This document shows positions 57,619 to 64,000 of a stretch of DNA of 64,000 nt, one piece after another. Positions within the stretch are counted from its first letter, which is position 1. Each line of letters begins with the position of its first letter. Source of the DNA: a virus. The notes under the pieces are model-generated. The model had not been told where the DNA came from, did not search any database, and was given only the letters and a program-made list of their open reading frames with translations. The stretch spans positions 21,828-85,827 of the IMG/VR virus record IMGVR_UViG_3300027971_000039; one strand, given 5' to 3'. The translations under genes were made by a program, and so were the position numbers.

Positions 57619-58024
57619 TATCTAACATTTTTAATAGATCGTCGTTATTCATTTTTTGTGTTTGAATTGATATAGACGAGCTAGAACCTTTTGATAAAAG
57701 TATTTTTGTAAATATTTCAACGCGCTTTGCTTCTTCAAGAGTAAGTTCTCTATCCATTGAAATTTCTTTCATTCGGGCCAATTGAACTTTAGCAATCATT
57801 TCTTCATCAGATGATGCTTCTACTTGATAGGCAATAAAATTTTGTTTTTCTTCTTGAAGAAGTGGAGTTGATTTTTCAAGAAGATCCTTTAATTCAACAT
57901 TTTCTTCTTCTAATACCTTGACTTTTCTAGATAATGATAGAATTGTTTTATATTGTGCTTCTGCGTATTTTTGCAAAGAAGCAGCATCTTTAAATTGTTC
58001 TAGCATTTTATCTATTGAGTCCAT
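57596..58024 (-). CDS. putative terminase small subunit
   Basis: 142 aa helical, overlaps terL start; position only. Confidence 0.4.
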   Translation of the reverse strand: MDSIDKMLEQFKDAASLQKYAEAQYKTILSLSRKVKVLEEENVELKDLLEKSTPLLQEEKQNFIAYQVEASSDEEMIAKVQLARMKEISMDRELTLEEAKRVEIFTKILLSKGSSSSISIQTQKMNNDDLLKMLDNEQGTFS

Positions 58025-58311
58025 TAGAATTTAACAGCGGATCTAATCTGCTGCCCTAGCTTCATAGTTGAAACATGAGAACGTAGTTCTTCGGCTTCTT
58101 TTTTAGATTCAATGGATTGTTCTTCTAGTGTCTTTAAACGACCTATCAAAGAATTAAGAATTTTATCTTCTTCTCGATTAATCATGTATCCAGCGAATCC
58201 AGTTAAAATAGCAAACACAGGGGCGTCTTGCAAAGAAGCACCTGACATTAACATTTTTACACTAAAAGCAACAAAAAGACCAAGAGGGATATACTTAATA
58301 TACTCTTTCAT
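58024..58311 (-). CDS. two-TM membrane protein with coiled-coil tail
   Basis: 95 aa; GAGG RBS. Confidence 0.6.
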   Translation of the reverse strand: MKEYIKYIPLGLFVAFSVKMLMSGASLQDAPVFAILTGFAGYMINREEDKILNSLIGRLKTLEEQSIESKKEAEELRSHVSTMKLGQQIRSAVKF

Positions 58312-58411
58312 AGTGTTTCCTCGATGAATTTAAAAAGTGATGGTTTCGTAAGCCACTGATTTTATTTGCCTTAATATGGCGGTTGGCATTGAAGAAATCA
58401 CTTCTTATAGT

Positions 58412-58433
58412 ATAGTTGTTAATTAACAACTTT
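58412..58433. promoter_or_regulatory. back-to-back pair of TAACAACT late-promoter motifs
   Basis: Palindrome AGTTGTTAATTAACAACT between divergent terminase operon and endolysin. Confidence 0.7.
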
Positions 58434-58437
58434 ATAT

Positions 58438-58872
58438 ATGAGTGATAAAATAAAAATTAAAGATGATTATTATATTTGGAACAAAGGCGACAATCTTTGG
58501 ATTAATAATTGGTTTAAAACCAAAGAATTTGAATGTAAATGTTCCAATAAAGAATGTGTAGAACAAAAAATTGCGGTTGAACTGGTTAATCGTTTAACTG
58601 AAATTAGAGACTATACAAAAAGCCCAATGAGGGTCACATCTGGGTATCGTTGTAGTAAACACCAAGAAGAAATTAGAAATAGTGGAACATCAACAGTTGT
58701 TGCTAAAAAAAGCACACACGAGCTGGGTAATGCTGCCGACATTTCTGTTTCTAGCTTAACAACATTAAATTTATTACCGATTGTAGAAAAAAAGTTTAAA
58801 TCAATCGGTATTGCGAACAATTTTTTACATGTTGATCTTAGGGACGATAAAGCTCGTCGCTGGAAATATTAA
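58438..58872 (+). CDS. peptidase M15-family endolysin
   Basis: EFECKC, VTSGYRC, STHELGNAADI, FLHVDLR. Confidence 0.85.
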   Translation: MSDKIKIKDDYYIWNKGDNLWINNWFKTKEFECKCSNKECVEQKIAVELVNRLTEIRDYTKSPMRVTSGYRCSKHQEEIRNSGTSTVVAKKSTHELGNAADISVSSLTTLNLLPIVEKKFKSIGIANNFLHVDLRDDKARRWKY

Positions 58873-59309
58873 GCATCATTACAAAATTGGGTCATATTTT
58901 CTTTAACCTGATCATATAAAACGTCTTCAGGTAATTGAATCAAATATGGGTTCATATAATTATCTTCTGTATCAACATGGTGTTTATCTAAAATACAATG
59001 GGTTAGTTCGTGGAACATCAATTGTTTTTTTGTTTCTAGATTAGAAATTGTCCAATAATTTTCATCAATCAATATCTCTTTGCGATGTAAATAAACGGTA
59101 CACAGTCCGATATTGTCATCTGTTAATTTACTAAATCGTATAGAAAATTGATTTGGTTTTTGTATTTTATTACATTGCTCTTTTCCAAGAGCCATAAATT
59201 CTGCATAATATACATTAAGATCTTTATCAATATTATTTAATGGTATAGTAAAAAACAATATAATAGCAGAAAACCAAGCAGCTAATAACCCCATTTTAGT
59301 TCGCCTCAT
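58869..59309 (-). CDS. membrane-anchored or exported metzincin-like metalloprotease
   Basis: HELTHCILDKHH plus Met-turn YMNP; hydrophobic N-terminus. Confidence 0.7.
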   Translation of the reverse strand: MRRTKMGLLAAWFSAIILFFTIPLNNIDKDLNVYYAEFMALGKEQCNKIQKPNQFSIRFSKLTDDNIGLCTVYLHRKEILIDENYWTISNLETKKQLMFHELTHCILDKHHVDTEDNYMNPYLIQLPEDVLYDQVKENMTQFCNDA

Positions 59310-59505
59310 TTGATTTTCTTCTTGCTCTTAATTTAATCATGTTTTCATGCGAACGCTTTACGTTACAAGAACCACATACTGAACCATTCCATAATTTTCC
59401 AGTTTCATCTACTGTTTTTTTATTTTTTCCGTCCGGGTATTTTCCCGTTTCTATTCTATCTTTTAAAACTTTACAAATCTTACATATTCTTTTATTGTTT
59501 TCCAT
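59296..59505 (-). CDS. small zinc-finger protein
   Basis: CKIC...CGSC. Confidence 0.6.
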   Translation of the reverse strand: MENNKRICKICKVLKDRIETGKYPDGKNKKTVDETGKLWNGSVCGSCNVKRSHENMIKLRARRKSNEAN

Positions 59506-59734
59506 ATTTATTTCTCAATTTTAAAGGCACACTCATTGTATTACACACATCCAGTTCATGTTGTTTTATTCCACCTAAAGTTAAAATAGACATTAATTCT
59601 AATATATTATTCTCATTAAGAACGTCAACAGTATCGGAATATTTCATTTCATTAAATGTGTTATTTATTTTAAAAATTTTTTTATACTTATTACCCATGT
59701 CTAGTTGTTTAATTTTTTTATTAAGTCTGTTCAT
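59492..59734 (-). CDS. hypothetical protein
   Basis: 80 aa in overlapping operon. Confidence 0.55.
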   Translation of the reverse strand: MNRLNKKIKQLDMGNKYKKIFKINNTFNEMKYSDTVDVLNENNILELMSILTLGGIKQHELDVCNTMSVPLKLRNKYGKQ

Positions 59735-59928
59735 TCTGATCCAGCCTCATAGTTGCATTTACAGCAGGTTAATTTATCAGTGACGGGGTGCCTTGACCAA
59801 TCGTGAATTTCGTCAATTTCATGACATTTTGGGATTGGTTTTGGTTTGTTTCTATTTTCAGCAACATTTACTGCATTAAAAAACATATAACCAAGTACCA
59901 TCATAAGCATAAAAATCAGCAATTCCAT
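59731..59928 (-). CDS. small membrane protein with Cys/His cluster
   Basis: N-terminal TM, C..HDW...CCKC; AGGAG RBS. Confidence 0.65.
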   Translation of the reverse strand: MELLIFMLMMVLGYMFFNAVNVAENRNKPKPIPKCHEIDEIHDWSRHPVTDKLTCCKCNYEAGSE

Positions 59929-60005
59929 AATAATCTCCTAGACTTACAAGAATTTAACAACTATAACTAAAGTTGCACGTATGTGAACCTAATAAACATT
60001 ACGTA

Positions 60006-60218
60006 TCAACTACGACGAGCTTCAAACAGCGAGTCGCCGACGTTACCAATTAACGTACCGACAACATCAGTTATTCGCCACGGATTAGTGTATTCACCAC
60101 TTCTATCCTTTAAAACCCAAACAAAACTACCTACCAAGCCAATAGAAAGACAAAAATCTTTTTTTGGCTTTCGTAAATTTCTTACTATATATCCATACAT
60201 AACACCATCCATACCCAT
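60006..60218 (-). CDS. hypothetical protein
   Basis: 70 aa with AAGGTG RBS; antisense ORF 59983-60249 is the alternative. Confidence 0.4.
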   Translation of the reverse strand: MGMDGVMYGYIVRNLRKPKKDFCLSIGLVGSFVWVLKDRSGEYTNPWRITDVVGTLIGNVGDSLFEARRS

Positions 60219-60262
60219 ACAACTACACCTTATGTCTTACATTAATTAATTCTTTTGTTACA

Positions 60263-60784
60263 TTATTTTATGTGTTTTGTATCTTTATAGAATAATGTGG
60301 TCAAAGAATTATCGGAATATATTATGTTGTTTACTTTATTGTTGGGATAGTTGGTTTGTATGAAAGACGATGCATCATCCATTTTATCGAATATACCAAC
60401 AATAATTTTATCGTTACGCTTATTAACCAGTAGAACGTGTATTTTATAATCTTTTGTAACGGCTATACGAACTTTATAGGACACAATTAATCTGTTAGTG
60501 TATGGAGTATACCCAGCGGATACAAACGCTTCTATAAGCTCTACAGCACGTATCTTACGCGTTTTTATATCACACCCCCCCGATACAAGTAAAACGAATT
60601 GAAGATTGGGTAAATCACGGATTAACTTACGGCAGGAGTGAGATTTATCCTGAATTTGTGATATGTTTCTAGATACAGCTGCTAGAATATTATTACTATG
60701 AGAGATAAAGAATCGTTTATCTTTTTCATTAATAAAACCCCATACTCCGGGTTTAGAATAATCTAGTAAATCTTTTATGTTCAT
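60263..60784 (-). CDS. degenerate GIY-YIG-like protein
   Basis: KPGVWGFINEKDKRFFISHSNNI has GIY-YIG spacing without the Tyr residues. Confidence 0.45.
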   Translation of the reverse strand: MNIKDLLDYSKPGVWGFINEKDKRFFISHSNNILAAVSRNISQIQDKSHSCRKLIRDLPNLQFVLLVSGGCDIKTRKIRAVELIEAFVSAGYTPYTNRLIVSYKVRIAVTKDYKIHVLLVNKRNDKIIVGIFDKMDDASSFIQTNYPNNKVNNIIYSDNSLTTLFYKDTKHIK

Positions 60785-60832
60785 AAATTAACATCATATA
60801 ATTGTGTCAATCAGTTTCATCCCATTTAATGA

Positions 60833-60845
60833 TATCAACGACTTA
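60833..60845 (+). promoter_or_regulatory. IHF binding site
   Basis: TATCAACGACTTA is an exact match to WATCAANNNNTTR. Confidence 0.55.
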
Positions 60846-61040
60846 CAGAGTGACAAATTACCTTTACACTAAGACAATATACAAAATAAACCCTATTTGT
60901 TGATATAACGCACATACAGGGTGTTTCTGTAATAGTTGTTAACTAATCTAATTGTGTTTCTAGAATATATATTAAAAATTCGCGGATGGGCTTGGCTAAC
61001 GCTATCGCACTCACAAAGTACCCTACCCCCCCCCTCCTCC

Positions 61041-61056
61041 TGGCATACTTCCTGCT
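61041..61056 (+). promoter_or_regulatory. sigma54-type -24/-12 motif
   Basis: TGGCATACTTCCTGCT (GG-N10-GC). Confidence 0.5.
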
Positions 61057-61108
61057 ACCTGCAATCCCCATACCTCAACTCAACCAGTTGAATAAACTGA
61101 ACTAGTTG

Positions 61109-61124
61109 TGGCATGCCGTATGCA
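61109..61124 (+). promoter_or_regulatory. sigma54-type -24/-12 motif
   Basis: TGGCATGCCGTATGCA (GG-N10-GC). Confidence 0.55.
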
Positions 61125-61282
61125 AGAAAGATTTTAGCACTAAATCGAATCGGTTGAATTTAGCCCTCTATTATATACAGGGTAGAACTAAACGGGAATG
61201 GTTTAGGTGGTGTCGAAGACCTTGACAGTGTCGATAAGTTCTACAGGGTGTTTGAATGGTGTGGCATGGGGAAGTCTAATGA

Positions 61283-61316
61283 TATCAGGTATTTAGACGT
61301 TGGCATGGCTGCTGCA
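61283..61316 (+). promoter_or_regulatory. IHF site plus sigma54-type -24/-12 motif
   Basis: TATCAGGTATTTA (61283-61295, WATCARNNNNTTR) then TGGCATGGCTGCTGCA (61301-61316). Confidence 0.6.
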
Positions 61317-61395
61317 GTGATCGGTAGCATGACGATGCAGTCATGGGATAGCACTAGATTCTCTCTCTCTCCTCTAGTGTTAACTCTCTCCTCTC

Positions 61396-61458
61396 TCCCG
61401 AAATACCCCACGGACGGGGTATCGTTGGCGGATGGTTCCCGCTAACCTGACGATGGGA
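61396..61458 (+). ncRNA. type II hammerhead ribozyme 1, predicted cleavage after C61423 (AUC)
   Basis: UCCC-GAAA-UACCCC/GGGGUA-UC-GUUGGCGG/CCGCUAAC-CUGACGA-U-GGGA; loop I GGUU can pair with AACC 61459-61462. Confidence 0.85.
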
Positions 61459-61659
61459 AACCCTTTGCATGAGTTGGTCTTCGTGCATCGTATAAGATAG
61501 ACAAGCGATCGCGTGGCACTATGCCTGACGATTGCGCCGATAGGGTACCATGCTACAGCCTTAACTGGCTATGCTTTAACGCCCTATTGCCCCCGATAAG
61601 ACGGTTACTGGTCCGGGGAATAGCCGATAATAAACGGTAGAAAGTCCGTTGCATCGGAG

Positions 61660-61724
61660 TAGGTTCGAAACAATTCCAGGAATGGAATTGTCGCAAGGAT
61701 TAACCTTGCCTGATGATGAACCTA
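61660..61724 (+). ncRNA. type II hammerhead ribozyme 2, predicted cleavage after C61692 (GUC)
   Basis: UAGGUUC-GAAA-CAAUUCCA/UGGAAUUG-UC-GCAAGG/CCUUGC-CUGAUGA-U-GAACCUA. Confidence 0.92.
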
Positions 61725-61741
61725 AACAAAGAGGATATATC

Positions 61742-61852
61742 ATGAAAAAACAAATTGACGCCATCGAATCCGAACTAAACTCTAATCTCTTTAATTTAAC
61801 TTTAATCGTCTGCGGTGTTTTAATTCTTTACTGCATTAAGTTTTACGCTTAA
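61742..61852 (+). CDS. small membrane protein (36 aa), first gene after the ribozymes
   Basis: AGAGGA RBS then MKKQIDAIESELNSNLFNLTLIVCGVLILYCIKFYA. Confidence 0.6.
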   Translation: MKKQIDAIESELNSNLFNLTLIVCGVLILYCIKFYA

Positions 61853-61871
61853 TAATATAACTAAGGAGTCA

Positions 61872-62237
61872 ATGTATATGTCACAAAATACCTTGAAAAT
61901 TAATGTTTCACCACCAATTGAAACAAAATGGGGATTTGATTTAACGTCAATCACTGCTGAAAATTGGGGGAGAGTCCTACAGGCAGTTGGTATAAATAAA
62001 AAACCAAAACATGAAGACGTTATGTGGATTTGGTCCGGGGACGGAATTAAAATTCACACTGGGAATGATCCAATTTCGGGTAAATATGCTCAAGGCCGTA
62101 GAGACGTAGAAAAGGATTATGCCAGCTATATTGGTTTATATGGGGAGAAGGCATTAGTTGAAAAGGCCGCTAAAATTATCCGCGACCTTGCCGACGATAT
62201 TAAGGAAGAAACACCAAACAATAGTGGATTTATATAA
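61872..62237 (+). CDS. hypothetical early protein
   Basis: 121 aa; TAAGGAG RBS. Confidence 0.75.
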   Translation: MYMSQNTLKINVSPPIETKWGFDLTSITAENWGRVLQAVGINKKPKHEDVMWIWSGDGIKIHTGNDPISGKYAQGRRDVEKDYASYIGLYGEKALVEKAAKIIRDLADDIKEETPNNSGFI

Positions 62238-62288
62238 ACCGAAATCCAATATTATAGTAATATAACCTTATATTAAGGAGTCGATGAT

Positions 62289-62924
62289 ATGTTAACCAAA
62301 AATGCTAAAATGAAACGCTCAGAGGGTTCGAGGTTTAAAAAAATATTCAATTGGACCATCCCCGCATTCATGACCAAGGACGGGTTTAAAACCTGCCCAA
62401 TGGCCGGAGTTTGTGCGTCCGGTTGCTATGCTCGGATGGGCGCTTATGTTTGGTCCAATGTTTACGGAAAGCACGAGGCAAACTTGAAGCTAACCCAAGC
62501 CCCTGAATTCGTTCAGGCTATGAGTCTTGAGGTTAAGCGAGTCAAGGCGGACCTAGTCCGTATCCATGACGCCGGTGACTTCTACTCTCTTGAGTATCTT
62601 TTGAAGTGGATTGACATTGCAAAACTCAATCCATCGGTGCAATTCTACGCATACACCAAAAGCGTAAGCATGGTCAAAAGTGTGACATTGCCTGATAACT
62701 TGACCATTATTTTCTCTCTAGGTGGGCGAGAAGATTACTTGATTGACACAAAAACCGATCGGCATAGCCGAGTTTTTTCCTCGATTGAACAATTGCAAGC
62801 TTCGGGATACGTCGATACTAGTCACGACGATACCCATGCAATCGGCGTCAATCATCGAATCGGGTTAGTATACCACGGCAATAAAAAATTCGATAACACG
62901 GCATGGGATCGGGTTAGCGCATAA
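62289..62924 (+). CDS. Gp88-like protein (radical-SAM-like Cys cluster)
   Basis: TCPMAGVCASGCYA, VRIHDAGDFYS, FYAYTK. Confidence 0.75.
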   Translation: MLTKNAKMKRSEGSRFKKIFNWTIPAFMTKDGFKTCPMAGVCASGCYARMGAYVWSNVYGKHEANLKLTQAPEFVQAMSLEVKRVKADLVRIHDAGDFYSLEYLLKWIDIAKLNPSVQFYAYTKSVSMVKSVTLPDNLTIIFSLGGREDYLIDTKTDRHSRVFSSIEQLQASGYVDTSHDDTHAIGVNHRIGLVYHGNKKFDNTAWDRVSA

Positions 62925-62943
62925 TAAAAGAAAGGGCCGCGAT

Positions 62944-63153
62944 ATGGTTAAGGAATTGCTAATAGATCATAATGGGCGGGAATTATACCTAGTCGGGAAA
63001 GTGTACTATGGGAATAGACTTGACCCTGAAGATAGGGGCGATATCACAGGGTTCAAAGTATTCGATGAACTAACAAGCGAGGATATCACTGAGGAACTTT
63101 CTTGGACTGAGCGCGACAAGCTGGAACAAATTCTTTTCGATCAAGGAAAATAA
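62944..63153 (+). CDS. hypothetical acidic protein
   Basis: 69 aa ORF. Confidence 0.6.
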   Translation: MVKELLIDHNGRELYLVGKVYYGNRLDPEDRGDITGFKVFDELTSEDITEELSWTERDKLEQILFDQGK

Positions 63154-63232
63154 TATAGCAATTTTTTGATGCGGCGTGAGCCGTGACATAGCCTAGGGAC
63201 GGGCCGATTTTTATAATAATTAAGGAGTCTTT

Positions 63233-63394
63233 GTGTGTGAAGTAAACTGTTTTTGTTTAGTGTGTGAATTAGAAAACGCCGATCGTCGCGGAATTATTAC
63301 CCTAGAGAATTCAGACCGTGATGAATTAACTAGAGAAGAGCTTAGGGATTTAGACTTATTCGATGAATTTGTGAAGGCTGGCTTGGGTAGTTAA
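63233..63394 (+). CDS. small Cys-containing acidic protein (53 aa, not in ORF track)
   Basis: TAAGGAG RBS, GTG start, MCEVNCFCLVCELENADRRG... Confidence 0.55.
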   Translation: MCEVNCFCLVCELENADRRGIITLENSDRDELTREELRDLDLFDEFVKAGLGS

Positions 63395-63397
63395 TAT

Positions 63398-63595
63398 ATG
63401 AAAAAATTAGTGGCAATCGTATCGGTGGTAACGGTAAATGGGGATATACTTTGGCATACCAGAAAGGGATTAAGTGACGATAAAACAAGGGCAACTATAT
63501 TCAAAACAGTCGAGCATGCTTTAAAATTATGCAGAAAAAAATATAGCCCAATACTAGGGATTGAATTAAAAAATTGGAAAGCGAGCGAATTATGA
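63398..63595 (+). CDS. hypothetical protein
   Basis: 65 aa ORF. Confidence 0.55.
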   Translation: MKKLVAIVSVVTVNGDILWHTRKGLSDDKTRATIFKTVEHALKLCRKKYSPILGIELKNWKASEL

Positions 63596-63679
63596 GCGTT
63601 GACATGATTTTTTTTCTTAATCTTTTCATGAGTTTAACGTCTATCGTTATATCAACTTATATTCTTTTGGGTAAATAAC

Positions 63680-63925
63680 ATGACAAAGGCAAATATGGTT
63701 TGGAGATTAATTCAGAAGTCTAAAGGAAAATTTTTCTCAATTACTTTCGAAAAGAAGGACGGGACACTCAGAAAAATGGTATGCCGCACCGGAGTAAAAA
63801 AACACTTGAAAGGTGGAACATTAAAACATAATCCAGCGGAATTCGGGCATGCTATCGTGTATGATGTTCAGAAGAAAGGATATAGAACGATCAACATGAA
63901 TACAGTAAAGGATATCAGTCTATGA
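63680..63925 (+). CDS. WYL_2/SH3-like beta-barrel protein
   Basis: FFSITFEKKDGTLRKM...VYDVQKKGYRTI. Confidence 0.7.
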   Translation: MTKANMVWRLIQKSKGKFFSITFEKKDGTLRKMVCRTGVKKHLKGGTLKHNPAEFGHAIVYDVQKKGYRTINMNTVKDISL

Positions 63926-64000
63926 ATAAGACACCTGAAAAAAACTTAGTCGATTCAATTATTAGATATGAAAATGGTGAATTGCAACAGGCCGAAATCA

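Noticed and set aside
61514-61529. Fourth sigma54 motif TGGCACTATGCCTGAC
   Set aside because: The -12 dinucleotide is GA, not GC, and it lies inside an RNA hairpin.
61483-61537. Third hammerhead around CTGACGA 61525-61531
   Set aside because: No GAAA at the required position; the segment folds better as hairpin GCGAUCG/CGAUUGC. At most a decayed copy.
61248-61764. ORFs 61248-61445 (+), 61576-61764 (-) and the 61649 start extension
   Set aside because: No RBS and they overlap promoter and ribozyme structures; the RBS-led start is 61742.
63168-63210. Twister-like stretch TGATGCGGC...GTGACATAGC
   Set aside because: Conserved 3' strand and pseudoknot partners are missing; only small hairpins are supported.

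Overview
A 64-kb, AT-rich piece of a tailed dsDNA phage genome with podovirus-like architecture; no integrase, CRISPR array or reverse transcriptase is visible. Three blocks: (1) 1-10.6 kb, + strand: family B DNA polymerase, deaminase, AAA ATPase, metallophosphoesterase, tRNA-Asn(GTT), dUTPase, HNH, membrane-anchored ClpP-like protease and holin/spanin-like genes. (2) 10.5-60.8 kb, - strand: virion module with terminase, portal, scaffold, major capsid, adaptor/nozzle, ejection proteins and many fibre/spike proteins, plus an M15 endolysin on the + strand. (3) 60.8-64 kb: a GC-richer non-coding switch region followed by small, probably early, + strand genes. Main observations read from the sequence: (a) two type II hammerhead ribozymes in tandem (61396-61458, 61660-61724) bracket a 269-nt multi-hairpin RNA that would be excised with ligatable ends, downstream of three sigma54-type (-24/-12) motifs, the last with an adjacent IHF site; (b) the major capsid gene is split by two group I introns separated by a 43-nt exon, one a 208-nt ORF-less intron and one carrying a GIY-YIG endonuclease that reads through the ribozyme core; (c) a phage-specific motif TAACAACT occurs 11 times in intergenic positions and is probably a late promoter, with leaderless and back-to-back cases; (d) several small basic head-region proteins share a K/R-F-x-x-L-K helix. 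All product calls are from motif recognition by eye; no database searches or folding programs were run.
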